Source of the DNA: Chrysomallon squamiferum
Lineage: Eukaryota; Animalia; Mollusca
Direction of reading: 5' to 3'
DNA: 64,000 nt
Assembly (NCBI GenBank): GCA_012295275.1
Contig: CM022677.1
Coordinates: 20,460,001-20,524,000 of the forward strand
Made by a program: the position numbers and the translations under genes
Shown here: positions 1 through 57,212 of the stretch, piece after piece
How the letters are laid out: every line of letters begins with the position of its first letter
How positions within the stretch are numbered: position 1 is the first letter of the stretch
The notes under the pieces: model-generated
The model's input: the letters and a program-made list of their open reading frames with translations, nothing else
Databases searched by the model: none
Told to the model about the DNA's origin: nothing

Positions 1-290
1 TTCACATGTTTATTTAGTTGTTTGTTTTTTTTTTGTTTTTTTTTAAATATTCAACTAATTAATTAATTAATTTGCTTGTTAATTTATTTATTTCATAATT
101 TATTCATATATTTATCTAATATTTATTTGTATAATTTATTTATTTATATATTTACTTATTTTATTTATTTATTTATTTATTTATTTATCTGCTTTTATAT
201 TTATTTATTTATTTACTTACTTATTTGCTTTTGTTTTTATTTATTTATCTTTACATTTATTTAACTTTTTATGTATTTATTTAATTGTAG

Positions 291-705
291 AGAAAGAAAG
301 AAATCTTCAGCACAAAAATCATCAAAGAGTAATGTGTCTAGGAAAGGTTCTGGGAGGGGACGTTCACTTGGTAAGACAGGACTGGTCAGTAGAAAAGGAT
401 CAAAAACTAGGAGAGCATCAGGCAGTAGTAGTAGGAAAGGATCAACCAGTAGTAGTAGGAAAGGATCAGCGAGTAGGAAAGGATCAGCAAGTAGGAAAGG
501 ATCAACCGGTAGTAAGAAAGGATCAGTCAGCAAGAGGAAATCATCCAGAGCTTCCCAAAATAATCCAGCCATCATTGAGGAGACGCACAAGAAGAAAGTT
601 CACAACGTTAGCTTTTTTTCCCCTTTCAATACAGAAATCGTTTTAAACGGAACAAAGAATGTTAATATACAAGGTTCTCAGGTGCCTTGGGAAAAAGAGA
701 AATGA
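291..705 (+). CDS. Terminal coding exon of an upstream gene (start outside window); Ser/Arg/Lys/Gly-rich tail, probably the cytoplasmic exon of another cluster paralog
   Basis: Acceptor ttaattgtag at 281-290, phase-2 entry (AG|A = Arg) like the last exons of genes A, B and C; reads ERKKSSAQKSSKSNVSRKGS...SRKGSASRKGSASRKGS...NNPAIIEE...WEKEK to TGA 703-705; AATAAA near 1852 and 1906. Confidence 0.65.
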
Positions 706-899
706 TTCCTTAGTAAATTTAGTCAACAGAACTGACTGTCACAAAATTGGACACAGTGGATTTTAAAAGTGTTAAAAAGATGTTGTCTGACAGATGCAGG
801 AACCCTCTGTAGATCATTGTCCATTTGATTGTATGAATATTGACATTTCAGTGCATGTATCTGTCAGTTGGCCTGCCTACCTACCTTTTTATATATCTA

Positions 900-1300
900 C
901 ATACTTCCCTACTATTTAGCTATCTCTCATTCTACTTAATTACAAATATACTTCCCTACTACCTAGCTATCTCTCATTCCACTTAATTACAGACGTATTT
1001 CTCCACTGTCTAGCTATCTCTCATTCCACTTAATTACAGACATATTTCTCCACTGTCTAGCTATCTCTCATTCCACTTAATTACAGACATATTTCTCCGC
1101 TGTCTAGCTATCTCTCATTCCACTTAATTACAGACATATTTCTCTGCTGTCTAGCTATCACTCATTCCACTTAATTACAGACATATTTCTCCACTGTCTA
1201 GCCATCTCTCATTCCACTTAATTAAAGACATATTTCTCCACTGTCTAGCTATCTCTCATTCTACTTAATTACAGACATTTCTCTGCTGTCTAGCTATCTT
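900..1300. repeat. 47-bp minisatellite, ~8 copies, followed by (CTAC)n-type microsatellite
   Basis: Unit ttccacttaattacagacatatttctccactgtctagctatctctca recurs at 977, 1024, 1071 etc. Confidence 0.9.
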
Positions 1301-1642
1301 CTACCTACCTATCTCTTCATCTACCTACCTATATCTCAACCTACCTACCTACCTACCTATCTCTCTCTACCAGCCTATCTAACTCTACCTATCTCTCTAC
1401 CTACCTCTCTACCTACCTATTGATCTACCTATCGATCTACCTACCTCTCTACCTATCATTTCATCCATCCATTCATATCTCTCTTATCTCTCTACATATC
1501 TACTTAACAGTGCTACCTGTTTACCAATCCATCTCTTTATACATTTATCTTTTTAGCAGTATTTTTATTTAAATATCTGATTACCAGTCTATTTACATAA
1601 CTACCAGTCTGTCTATTTATAATATATCTCTCTACTGTCTGT

Positions 1643-1708
<66 letters not shown>

Positions 1709-3113
1709 ATGTGTGTCAACACACACACAACTATGTCTGTCCATTAACCTCTACAGGTCTCTCCCATTTTCTGACTAATAATGAGAAGATAACTGTCAAT
1801 GGTAAATTTAAGGAGGGGAGAGAATGCATACTGTACACTCTGTAGTCATATAAATAAATAAAATAGTTGTGTGCTCCTGTATAAATTGTCCACTTAATGA
1901 GACTTAATAAAAACATCACATTTTTTTTTTATTAGACACAAAACAGAACTGTTGTCATCTTCCAAAATATTATGTTAAGTATCCAAATCTGTTTTCTCTG
2001 GAGTTCTATATTTGCTGTCAAGTTAAATGATTAATTAATGATTAATATCATGAACATTACTATTCTTCTTTTCTTCTTCTTCTTTTTCATTATGATTATC
2101 TATATTTTATTTTTTACAGCTCACATAAAGAAAAGAATATTTAGAGTACATTGAACAAGACGTGCTGGAACTGACAAAAAAACCCACAGAAAATCTAACT
2201 TTTGTGTTAATCCAGTTTTCCTTCTTGATCATCAGCCGAAAATAACTTAACTTGTGGTTGAAGTTGAAAATATAGTGTAACTGCAATGTTACAACTGATG
2301 CTGTAGTTATTTCAAACAAGTGATGTCACTTTAAATTTGAAGATATTTTGCTAGGTCTGCTCTAGCATACACATAATTATATTTCCACAAAACAGTCAGG
2401 GTGCATATTTGTTTTTATTTTTATTTTTTTATAAATTTAATAGATCAGAAAAAAAAAAAAAATAATAATAAATAAAAATAAAAACATTAGAAAAAGAGAG
2501 AGTGTGGAAAGAACCATGTTTATATTTACAAACCTGAAAGAGTGGAAATTATTTTTCTCAGCATATGGACGATATGAATAAAAAAGTTTGATATGATGTA
2601 TAGTTTACTTCTAAAACTAAGACTTGTATATGTGTACGAGGCATTTTACATAATGCTTATCTGATATCTAATTTGAAACAAGAAAATAAAAGGTTAAAAA
2701 AAGATTTTATTCAACATTCCTTGATACTGATGCAAGAACAATCAACAAAATATAACCTTTTGCAATTATTAGTAAATACCTTTTTGAGAAGAAATGTTTG
2801 GAAGGACATTTTCAGACTGAACGTTTAGTTTTGATTAGTCCTCATTTTCAAAGTTTTAGTCCCATTATATTTGTTATATTTATTAATCAATGCATCAGGT
2901 ATGTAATCATATTTTTTATAATAAAATACATTTTAAACAGTTTTTTATTTTGCTTATTTTAATTTTTTAATCTTTCTCTTTCAGGGTGTTGTCTATGTTT
3001 CTAATGTTTTAAATTTTATTCTGTTATGCGACCATCTATATCAATTATGATGTCAGAGGCAAATTAAACTATAATAACGATATTCTGACTTGTTTATATG
3101 CATGTATGTATGT

Positions 3114-3157
<44 letters not shown>

Positions 3158-4444
3158 TAATAAACTACTCATTTAATCCAGTTATCTGAAATATTTTCGA
3201 CAGGATGTGTTTCGTATTTTGGATTATAACGAAATAACCTGCAGGTGAAACCCAACCAACAAGAATCTCATCTCAACCCGTGTTTATCATTATTAGGCAC
3301 TGATTTTTTTCCAATTTTTATTATTTTATTTTTTTTATTGTTTTAATCTGTAGACATATAAAAATGTACATAATGATAAATATACAAAGTAACAAAGGTA
3401 ACAAGAGATAAAACTCACCGAATGCCCTAGTAGCATGAAAACTCACCGAATGCCCTAGTAGCAGATGATTCGTCCAGTGAAGCATAAGACAATTCATCCC
3501 AAGCCGTCTCGTCCACGATCGAAAATTACGAACCGTCTGGAAACGTTAGCACATCTTTTATGATTAATAACCACCGCATGCTATAGCACACGACACTGCA
3601 ACAGTTCAAAACTTTACCAATGATTTCAGCTGCGTCTCTTTGTTACATTTCTTTTATCCCTATTATCCTGTGGCGGAGAACAGCTCGGGGCATTTGGATA
3701 GATATCGATGGTTCTCCGCCACAGATAGTTCTATATCTATATCGTTTAGTATATTCATTTAACAATAATTGTGGCTTTATATTCTTTTATATCGGTCAGT
3801 TTCAAGATCGCTGGTACCAAATAAAGTACTATTTAGTCGTACATACACATCCAAGAAGAAGAAATCAAAGGCCGCTGTGACAAAATCACTGACTAGCAGA
3901 TCTTCTGACATGTTTGTACCGACCTAAATAGTGACGTAACGGTCAGCTGATTAATACATGGCAACTACAAACGCCAGAGGTTGTAAATAAAAATAATAAT
4001 TAAATAGAAAAACAAATAAAATAAAACACAGCTCCCCCACAATAAAATAAAATAAAATAAAATAAATAATAATTCAAAACATTATATACGGTAGTATGTG
4101 TGTGAATGTGTGTATGTTTATTTGTGACATGACATAAACCGGATTTGTGACCGTGACCTGAAAGGTTTGTACAACTCTTGATGCTGACCGTAGGTACATT
4201 AAATGTCAGCTAACACCCCTTCCTGAAAATCTCACGTAAATACGCACGACTCACAATAATCAGTTAACAGTTGAATATCATTGTTTGAAAACGACCAATT
4301 TTCATGTCAGTAAAAATAAATGAATGAATGAATGAATAAATAAATAAATAAAAATTTTCAAAATATTTTATATTTTCCTACAGGTTTTTAATATATATTT
4401 AAAATAAGCTGAAAAGATTTACACATACACACACACACACACAC

Positions 4445-4506
<62 letters not shown>

Positions 4507-4736
4507 CAAAGAAACAAACATTTATTGAAATTGTCTGGTTGCCATTATTGCGTTTACGACAGTTCTGATTTTCTTTAATCGTCCATTATTATGTCATTCA
4601 ACAGAAGGTTATAAATTAAATATATTTAGTTTGCTAACGCTAAGTTAAATTTATAAAGAGTTAATGATCTAACTTTGAACATTTATACGTAAACACATTT
4701 CGTGGAAATGGAGGTCACATTTTAACAAATGGATCT

Positions 4737-4853
4737 TGACGTCTAGATATTTGTCGTGACGTAAAACGGAAATGACGTAAAACCAAACTATTAGTAAACA
4801 GATATGACAATGGGAACAGAACAACATTCAATGGAGGACTGTAATAGGTACGT
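4737..4853 (+). promoter_or_regulatory. Putative promoter / 5'-UTR exon of gene A with three CRE/ATF-like TGACGT sites
   Basis: TGACGT at 4737, 4757, 4773; candidate donor AG|GTACGT at 4848; the coding exon has an acceptor upstream of its ATG, so a non-coding exon is expected. Confidence 0.35.
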
Positions 4854-5513
4854 TAGCAGAAGATGGAGTTATTTGCTTTTAGGGGCTCCTGTCCATTATT
4901 TTCGTTACATTATTAAACATTCTCACTTAGGATTTCCAAACTGGTGATGCTGTCAGTGGACTGTAGCCATTGATTACAACAGTGCCATTAGATAGTTATC
5001 TCCAGTAATATCTTTGTATAATTTCTTTCTTCAAAATCTGTAATATTGTAATATGAGCAAAATCACTATGGATATTAATATCACTATGTTACAGTGTTGT
5101 TTTGTTTTGTTGTTGTTTTGTTTAATTACTGTAGTTTCATTACAAAATATGGTTAAATACCTCTGTAAAATTTTGTTTCTGATTTTGTTTTCTTTCTGTG
5201 TGTTATTGTTAAATTTTTCTTTCGTTCTTTCTTTATTTATTTGAAAACTTAACACAGCAGTCTGTATATATTGTTAAAGAAATTGATAAATATAGAAAGT
5301 CAAGGAATCACTGATGGAAATGGAACACTGGGGAAGGCGTCACCCTAACTTTCAGTTTCCAGGTTATGCCCAGTTTATGTATTTGCATTGTTTGTTAGAT
5401 TAGCCTTTCTCACGTTTCTGTCAGTTAAAACTGCTTGTTTGTTTTCTGTATTTATAACGCATATTTTTTAAAATATATATATATGTTTTCCCGTTGCTGT
5501 CTATCAACCCGAG

Positions 5514-5577
<64 letters not shown>

Positions 5578-5716
5578 GGTATCGTATCAGTAATAAAAAG
5601 AAAAACACACAAAAAAACGGACAGACAAAAACATCCCGTGAAATGTATAATACAATTTTTTTTATTATTATTCTAATTTATTTGACGGTTACGATTTCTT
5701 TTTTTCCTTCTAAATT

Positions 5717-5810
<94 letters not shown>

Positions 5811-5882
5811 TTTTTTTTTTTTTATATTTTTTTTTATTTTGTCTTGCAGGCTACGGAAGGAGCTGAAAATGACATTGTAGAT

Positions 5883-22950
<17,068 letters not shown>

Positions 22951-23549
22951 TTTCACTTTGATGTAGTCTTTGTGAGATTATAGTTTATTTTTTATTTTTT
23001 ATTCTTTGTTTAGTTTTGATGATAAAGGTCATTTTTGTATATTTTATTTGTGTGGTAGGGTGTTCAACATAAATTATTTTTTGGGGGTGTCTGTCTTTTC
23101 TTTCTTTCTTTTTAAAAAAAAATTTGTTGTTACTGTTTTTACTTTGATGCGTACCTGTTTTTATGAATGCAAGAAGAAAAAAAGAAATGGTCTGCAGCTA
23201 ACAGGTGTCATCTGAACCATAATAAAACTTCATCTTCAATAAGTGATGAGAAAAAGTTATGGTCGACTTGATTTAATAGTATTTAACCTTTCTATGTTGC
23301 AATTAGGATAGGCACGTAATTTATTTATTTATTTGTTTTATTTTAAATATTATCTTGTTATAGTCGTATGCATATAATATTATTGTTGTTGTCATTATTA
23401 TTACTGTCATTATCATCATCATCATCACTACCATCATTATCATCGTCATCATCATTATTATTATTCATTGTTTTAATTATATTTGAGGTACGGGTATTCT
23501 TTACATTTTTTCTTTATTAATATAACTGGATAGTTAAAATATAACGTAA

Positions 23550-24050
23550 CTGATATAACTTGATAGTTAGAGGTGATATAACTTGATAGTTAGAGCTGAT
23601 ATAACTTGACAGAGCTGATATAACTTGACAGTTAGAGCTGATATAACGTGATAGATAGATTTGATATAACTTGATAGCTAGAGCTGATATAACGTACTAG
23701 TTAGAACTGATACAACTTGAAATTTAGAACTAACATAACTTGATAGCTAGACCTGATATAACTTGATAGTTAGAACTGATATATCTTGATAGTTAGAGTT
23801 GATATAACTTGATAGCTAGAGCTGATATAACTTGATAGCTAGAGCTGATATAACGTAATAGTTAGAAATGATATAACTTGATAGTTAGAGCTCACATAAC
23901 TTGATAGCTAGACCTGATATAACGTGACCTGATATAGCTAGACCTGATATAACTTGACCTGATATAGCTAGAGTTGATATACCTGGGTAGCTAGATCCGA
24001 TACAAGATAACAGAGCTGATATAAGTTGATTCATGTAATATAACGCAACA
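23550..24050. repeat. 23-bp minisatellite
   Basis: gatataacttgatagttagagct and variants, ~20 copies. Confidence 0.85.
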
Positions 24051-24814
24051 GTTAAAGCTGGTGTATCTTGACAGACAGAGGAGGTTTAATGTCATAGCCA
24101 GCTCACTGCACAGAGAGTAGGTTAAAGTGTTCACTTTGTAGTTGGAAGAGATGCATCTCAAAAGTCGTATAAGTTTTAACTCGATAGTCTGTTCATTTAA
24201 GTGTGAAGATAAAGCGATTTTAACTACTTTGTTATTCCAAAGGGAAAGACAGACTGCTTTATGCCTTTATTTTTTCATACACTTTTCTTAATTTGTTGGT
24301 AATAAAATTTAGTTATGAATATATAATAATTATTATTTCTCTTATACGTTAATTTGTCATTTCGTTCTTCTTCTTTATTTTGGAATGTTACTTAATTTTT
24401 GAAAAATGATGCAAACTAATTTAAAGTATTTAATAAAATAATAATATTAATAATATCATTGAAATTTTTGAGAGCAATATTACTGTGTAAAGTATTATTT
24501 AAAATATTAGCATATACAACAACAACTACTACTACTACTGCTAGTACTGTTACTATTTATTACTCCTTCTAACACTACTACAGTTATTCTTATTCTTACT
24601 ATTTATAATTTATCATCATGTTATTTTAATAATTTTAATTGTTTTGTTTATTATTTTCTGGTTTTTGTTTTTGTTTTGCTTCAGTTAAATAATATGATTA
24701 CTGATGTATTCAAAATTGGAAACGCTATAAATTCGTTTAAAAAATAGAAAAGAAGAACGTGCATCTTTTTATTTTAATTTTCACGACAGAATAAACCTTC
24801 ATGATTGTCACAGC

Positions 24815-25092
24815 GTAATAATAACAATAATAATAACAACAACAACAACAATAATAATAATAATAATAACAATAATTATAATAATAATAATAACAATAAT
24901 AATAATAATAATAATAACAATAACAATAATAATAATAATAACAACAACAACAATCATAATAACAATGATAATAATAATAATAATAATAATAAGAATAAGA
25001 ATAATAATAATAATAACAACAACAACAACAATCATAATAATAATAATAACAATAATAATAACAATAAAAATAATAATAACAATAATAATAAC

Positions 25093-25124
<32 letters not shown>

Positions 25125-25188
25125 CAATAATAATAATAATAATAATAATAACAATAATAATAATAATAACAATAATAATAATAATAAC

Positions 25189-25223
<35 letters not shown>

Positions 25224-25348
25224 TAACAATAACAATAAAAAAAATAAATAATAATAATAATAATAATAATAACAATAATAATAACAATAACAATAATACT
25301 AATAATAATAATAATACTAATAACAATAATAATAACAATAATAATAAC

Positions 25349-25402
<54 letters not shown>
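24815..25402. repeat. Long (AAT/AAC)n microsatellite between convergent genes A and B
   Basis: ~590 bp of aat/aac triplets. Confidence 0.95.
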
Positions 25403-25403
<1 letters not shown>

Positions 25404-25507
25404 GTTATGGCCATATCATCGCGAGGGACTAATCAAATTTCTGTAAAAAAAATTAGAAAGGAAAAAACAATCGAGCTTATGTGCATTAAACTAAAACACA
25501 ATAATAA

Positions 25508-25554
<47 letters not shown>

Positions 25555-26175
25555 AAAACAAAAATAAATAAATAAACAAACAAAATTCCCAAAGAAAAAC
25601 ATTTGACGTCTGTTTATGACTTATGATGAAACACAGAAAGTTAATCGGTTTCACCTGTAAAAAGTTCCTATCTAGTAAATGTATGATTACTTTATGTGTT
25701 TACAGTTGCAGTGTTTAGTTTTGAAACACAATCCTAAACTATTTCTATAGCGGGCATTTTCCTTTTTTTCTGCAAACGTCGTCAATAATCACTTCCACAA
25801 ACAGTTAGACTGAAGTATCATTGATCGAAGACTTGTTTTGTTAATGGCCTCATTATCAGAAGCGTAAACAAGTATTGGTGTAAAGTGACAAACACTTATT
25901 GTGAAATATCACATCTCACTTGAACTCACTCAAATTTATTTGTGATGCCATCATTTGAAACTACTGCATGACATAAAAATAATCCTCACATCACATGCAG
26001 ATCAGATTTACAGCCAAACCGTCATTATATTCGAAATCTATAAATCAGTTTTCTACGCTTCTTTCTAAAATCTACAGGATCAAAAGTGTAGGTTTGTAAA
26101 ATTATCTTTGTGAGTCTGCTCCATCTATGTCCTTGATGGTGATCACAAAGATCATGTGCATATGTATATACAGGC

Positions 26176-26297
<122 letters not shown>

Positions 26298-26432
26298 TTT
26301 TCACATATGTACTTTTTATTAAAAATTACTGAAAATAATTGTGATTAAAATAAAAAAAAGTTATTAAATTATATGTTTAATAAAAGTGTAAAAGTATAAT
26401 ATTATTTAAATTACAGTTTATTCGGTACGATT

Positions 26433-26463
<31 letters not shown>

Positions 26464-26608
26464 AATAAAAAAAAATAATTCAAAAAACGAATAAAGAAAG
26501 AAAATATAAGCAAATAAATAAAGATATAATAAAGAAAGGAGAGCTTATGAAAATATTAAAAATGGTGTAGAGCATAACACAAAATAAAATAACAATCAGC
26601 AGTATTTA

Positions 26609-26660
<52 letters not shown>

Positions 26661-26856
26661 GTAATAACAGTAATAATAATAGTAATAATAATAACAATAT
26701 AATTACACTCAAATAATATTTAATAAATATTACAGAAAATTATAACATGACAAGATCATTTAAAATAACTTTATAAAACATAACAATTAAATAAAAAAAA
26801 TACAGCTATAAGTAACGTAGCATTTATTTAATATGACGATAAGTGCCCATATATAC

Positions 26857-26906
<50 letters not shown>

Positions 26907-27553
26907 GTATGTATGTATGTGTGCATCCATGTATGTATATATGTATGTTTATATGTATGTATGTATGTATTTGTGTATGTATGTATGTATGTATGTATGT
27001 ATGTATGTATGTATGTATGTTTCGAAAGTTTAATGATCAAAACACAAATTCGCAGACTTTTTCTGATCTTCAGTTTACGTGATCGTTTCCTAACCAGTCA
27101 CTTCAGTGTTGTATGTGGATAACGGAAAACAACTGAACGTACTGAGCTACTTATCATAAACAGAAACGCGACTTTTGTGGAAGGCATGTTGTATGGCTGA
27201 GAAGAAACCTGCTGAACGACGTAGTGTATGTTGAAAATGAACCTTCTGGAGGACAGACATATCATGAACTGAGAAAGCAGCATTTGTAGAACCTGTTTGT
27301 GTTGTATGCACTTGAAGAATATCTTGTAAGAAAAGAATGGAAAATTATGGAAGAAGACGTATTGTAAATTAGGAATTAACGTTTTGTGAGGACAGACAGC
27401 TGTCACGGAAAGAGCCAGACGGAGTTGGTGTAAGCTGATAATCGTTTGCTGGACTTGTTACGAGCCCAGAATGGCGTTCTGTGTAAATGTTTGTTAATCT
27501 TTTGTTTGGAGGCTTCATCACAGGTTTCTGGTGTTTCTGAGCAGAGAATGAAA

Positions 27554-38095
<10,542 letters not shown>

Positions 38096-38189
38096 GACGC
38101 TGCAATGTGCTAAAAGAGAAATAATGAGACTGAAATGAATCAGTAAAGGAAAATTGGAAACGATAGCAAAAAGAGGAAGAAGAAGAAAA

Positions 38190-38238
<49 letters not shown>

Positions 38239-38541
38239 GTATGTATATATATATGTGTGTGTGTATATATATATGTGTGTATGTATGTATATATGTATGC
38301 ATGCATGTATGTGTGTATGTATGTATTTATTTATCTATCTTTCTATATCGCTATCTGTTCAGTTAAATTTAATTTAAAAATGTGTGTATATCTCTAAATA
38401 TAACGTTTAAGAACATAGTTCACTTTAAATTGTGTTTGTGTGAATGTATTTGGAAAATTCTATTTTTTCGTGATTTTTCTTCTTATAATTTTCGAGTTAT
38501 TTAAGATAGCAAACTCTTACTAAAATAATCTAAATTTATTA

Positions 38542-38576
<35 letters not shown>

Positions 38577-38872
38577 TCATATATATATATATCTTCATAC
38601 ACATACACATATTCATACATACATACCTTAAAGTAATAATAACATACCTAATAGGACCTCAAAATATCTGAATATTGTGTACAAACAAATAGAGAAAACA
38701 ACAACAATAACGACAGAGAAAGAAAGGAAGAAAAAAACTAGAATATAAAGGAAGAATAGCCTTCTATAGTCCTTCTTTTCTTTAACAGTTACAAGAGATG
38801 TAACAATGTAAGACACACTTAAAAAATTAACGACTCTGTAACAGTCAAATTTCCCTCGAAAATAACTTTCAC

Positions 38873-38960
38873 CTGTCATTACTGTTTAAAACGTCATTCT
38901 TTCTATACGTCATTTGAAGGAACACAATTTCCGATCAAGCGATTAATATATACGTCACCG
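38873..38960 (-). promoter_or_regulatory. Putative promoter / 5'-UTR exon of gene B with three TGACGT sites
   Basis: ACGTCA on + at 38891, 38907, 38952; candidate donor CAG|GTGAAA at 38872. Confidence 0.35.
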
Positions 38961-38978
38961 TATTTGTTAATAAACAGA

Positions 38979-39063
<85 letters not shown>

Positions 39064-41046
39064 AATTAATTAAAAACAAAATATGATAGTTAATATTCAT
39101 TAAAAACTCTAGCTTTGATTTTGACACAGACACGTGCGTTTTTCGGCAACATATTTCGACATTTTGCTCTTCCCCATTTTGCAAACAAAACATTTTATTC
39201 ATGTTGCTTACATTAGCATGGATCAATGATTTTTTAAAATAAAATTAGGAAACTCATTATTTGTATACGTAATAGTACATGTTTTAGAAGTGGAATCCTT
39301 TTTATTTTGACGAAAAAAAGTGAAAATTTAATTTTTAATAAATTGTTTTTATAAGGCCGGTTGACGGACCTTTAATTTAAAAAATATTATTTTGTAAAAC
39401 TGATTTAAGCGTTATAATGAATGTATGAAGGCAATCATTCAAATAACACGTGATCAGTTTGCTTTTTAAATATAACCTCTGATCCATTGATAATAATAAT
39501 AATAAAAAAAAGTATCGTTTTACAACTACGTACTCAGAACTGTCTGCTATGGAATTTCAGCAAACGTTTCCACATTATGGTACCTAAATGAGAATAGTCA
39601 TCTTCATATTCATGCGCCAGTATCTGTGAAAATTATTTATTGTATTTTATTTTATATTATTTTTATTTATTTATTTATTTATTTATTTTTTTTTTGGCTG
39701 GCGACGTCGTAATAATATCTGAAAAAAATATGTAGTACAAAACGTGTACGAGATGGTATGATGTCAAAGTTAACAAAGACCATTGCAGCGATTTCTAATC
39801 AGTAATAGACAACTAAGTATACGAGACATTGATTAAATGACATATTTCCCCAAAATTATTTTTTAATAATACATGCAGAATTGATTGCTTTATGAAGGCA
39901 TACGTATTTAAACGTTTGTAAACACTAATCGGCGTTAGAAACTGCCATATTGGATTTCGATCGGAAGTTTCCGTGAGATCACGGACATTTTTTAACTTCT
40001 AAATTAAATTATTTGGCGTCCATTTTTTTCAGAACTTTTTATGATTTAAACTGATAAAGGTAAGGATGGTTGTTCATATTACCAAACCATGGTCATTATT
40101 ATAATAATAAACAAAAGTAATTAAAAAAATTTAAAAAAAAAATTAAAGAACAAATACATTTTCAAAGCTGATCTGTTTATTTAAAACAAGGAACAATCAG
40201 AGCAATATTACTTAATGAAATGTTTAAAATAACAAAACGTGGAACACTGCCATTGAATCAAAATATTAATTTTATACAAATTATGCTATATAATTATCTT
40301 ATTTTAAAAATGAAAAATATTACCTATGTGAGGAATTATATAAAATATTTTTACATATTTTTACGTATTATTGAAAAACGTTATTTATGAAAATATTTAG
40401 AATAATGTAGCAACAGTACAGTAGCATTAAAAAACAACAACAACAACAACGAAACAAAGTATTGCTATATCCTCATATTACATGGTTTCCTTAATTGACT
40501 AATAATGAATTAACAAAGTAATGCAATTCTTAAACTCACATTCTGAGGTAGCTAACACAGTAGATTAACGATATCAAACATAAATATAAAACTGACGTAT
40601 TTACATATTAACCAATAACAGTTCTAGGAACTGTGACTTTAGCTCATGCATATCTTACAGCATTTTGAAGATGTTCAACGCCTGTACGTAAAGAGAGAGA
40701 GAGAAAAAAAATCAGTTCTTCAGGTCGTCAGAATTCAAAATTTTCTCACCACCTAAGTTTTTTTTTATCGAGAATCTTCCTTTTTCTTCAAACCGCTTTT
40801 CGACTTTCTGTCAACAGCTACTCGACAACGAGTCACTGTCCATTCTGGACATGAAGAAGAAGATTTTGCAGACCACATTCCGAGATGGAAGTCAACTGAC
40901 AAGAAACCTTCTGAAAATCAGCCTGCTGAAGCATATGTTGTGAGCACAGAATTAACATCTTTGCAGAATGTTTATGAATCTTTTTGATGCTTCTCCACAT
41001 CTTCTGGTGTTTGGAGAATGAAGACAGTGTTTACTAGTTTGAGACA

Positions 41047-55052
<14,006 letters not shown>

Positions 55053-55945
55053 CACAGGTGAGACTGATGAAGCCAAAATGTTGAGATAATCTGTGCGAAG
55101 AAAGAATTAAGATGCAGTAATAATAAAGATGATGATGATGATGATGATAATAACACTACTACTGTATTATCACTAACATTAATAATAATAATAATAATAA
55201 TAATAGTAATAATAATAATAATAAGAAGAAGAACAAAAGTAAAAATAACAGCGATAATAGTGAAAAATAGTAAGAAGAGCAGAGAACGTGCTTTTGCATG
55301 TGTACCTATCTTACACTGCGAGAATGATAATAATAATAATATTAAAAAATAAAAAAATAAAAAGTAAAACAATTGAAATAGTTATTTACCTTAAAACAAT
55401 AAGGCATTGGAGACTCAGTCTTAATATAATTTGTACTGATCCTGGCAGGAGTTACGTGCCCGTGTATATAGTGTAGCTGTGTAACTATAAAACTGATTAA
55501 TGATGAGAGAAACTAAAACTGAAATAGTAAAATAGTAATCATAGTATTTGTCTCTTCTCTTCACATTTTTAACATGAACAAGCGAACGAGTTTTATTGAG
55601 TTGTAGTAAGAACGAGTACAGAACATTAACTCAGGTGTAGAACACTTTTTCATTTCACTGTAAATGTAGTTATTTTGTTTTTCTTGAAATGAAAATAAAT
55701 ACTTTACAGTACCTTTTGATGATGAGTCATCTCTTTATACTTCAAAACGTGGGTGAATGTGGCCTTTGGGTGCAAAGCCAAACCCTCATTGTGTTCCTTA
55801 CTTATCATCGAAGTACAAACGAAACATATGAGAGAAAAATTTCAGAAAAGTCGATAGTGAATCGAAGAACATCCGTAAGACACTCTGACGTAATTCCTGA
55901 ATTCGTCATTGTCCACGAGCGAGGCCTGAAATGGGCTAACCCTGC

Positions 55946-56000
<55 letters not shown>

Positions 56001-56138
56001 GTAATAATCATAATAATATTAATAACAACGGTAATAATAACAATAATAATAATATAGAGAGTTTCTTTTAATTTGACTGATGACCATTATCATCTTTCAG
56101 TATTCGAATTACCTTTAAGGGTCACAATCATTGTGCTG

Positions 56139-56189
<51 letters not shown>

Positions 56190-57149
56190 CAAAATCGATC
56201 TGGATCATAATAAAATTATTTTTATTTCTTCCATCTCAGTCAGCTACTGCGTGAAAAAAAAATAAATAAAATAAAATAAAAAAGAGAAGAAAATACTGAC
56301 GTTCTGGAGCCCAGTGGGATAGGTGCCATTTTCTTTATTTTGTATTCCAAACCACATGTAGTATTACAAGTGTATAAATGAAAGCCTACTTGCCCCAAAT
56401 TTGTGTATTTTAACATGGTAGTGGCATGTTAATGTATATTGTGTCTTTAATACAGGTGTTGTTGGCATCTTCTTGCAAGTCAAAATAAATTTAGGTTTAA
56501 TGAATATTTTTTCCGTTCTAAACATTCTTTTATATTTATAACAACCCACAGGAGCCTCTCACAAAAATAGTGGCACAGTTAGGAGTTACGTAAAAATGAC
56601 AAAAAAGCTTGAAACGAAATCTCCTTAAGTATTATATGTTATTAAAATAACCAAAAACTGTGTACTCATTCATTTCGTCAAGATGTTTTTAAATTATGGG
56701 GATTAGTATTGTCCACGTATTCCATTTTTTATCCCTCCTTTTTTTTCATTGTTTCTTTCGTCATTTCTGCAGCTAGTGCAAATCTTAGTAAACTTGTAGA
56801 GAGACAGATTTTCTGTCAGTTTGCTCACCGTTAAGCGTGTCTGAATCTTGCATGCTACCCTGGTTTACAAAGAATAATAATGAGAAAATTAAAAGAAGTA
56901 AAGAACAAAAGAAAGATAAGAAAAAAAAAAAAAAGAAGAAAAAAAAGATAAATAAATTAGAATAAAAGAAAAGTGAAATAACTCATTAATAAATAATAAT
57001 AATAAAAGACCAATAAAAAAAAAAAAAAAACATTAAAAAGAAGATAAAATATAACTATAAACTAAACTAAACTAAACTAAACTAAAATAATAAAAAAAAA
57101 TAAACAAGAATTATTTTATTTATTTATGAAAACAAACCGTGATGATAAT

Positions 57150-57212
57150 GATGACGAAATCGGGAATGACGTCAAAATGTACGAAAAATGGTCAGCGTTA
57201 TTTCACGTAAGC
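57150..57212 (+). promoter_or_regulatory. Putative promoter / 5'-UTR exon of gene D with a full CRE palindrome
   Basis: TGACGTCA at 57167-57174; candidate donor AC|GTAAGC at 57207. Confidence 0.35.

Noticed and set aside
3411-3463. 27-bp direct duplication aaaactcaccgaatgccctagtagca
   Set aside because: Only two copies and no element between them; an ordinary local slippage duplication
5643-5882. Hydrophobic N-terminal 80 aa of the 596-aa ORF as a TM segment
   Set aside because: Mostly intronic (TTA)n and pyrimidine tract before the acceptor at 5849; the ATG at 5883 gives a signal peptide matching the paralogs
24737-25432. Poly-Asn/Ile/Leu/Tyr ORFs
   Set aside because: (AAT)n microsatellite; the same applies to the many ER/SL/HT/CV/YLFI ORFs across the window
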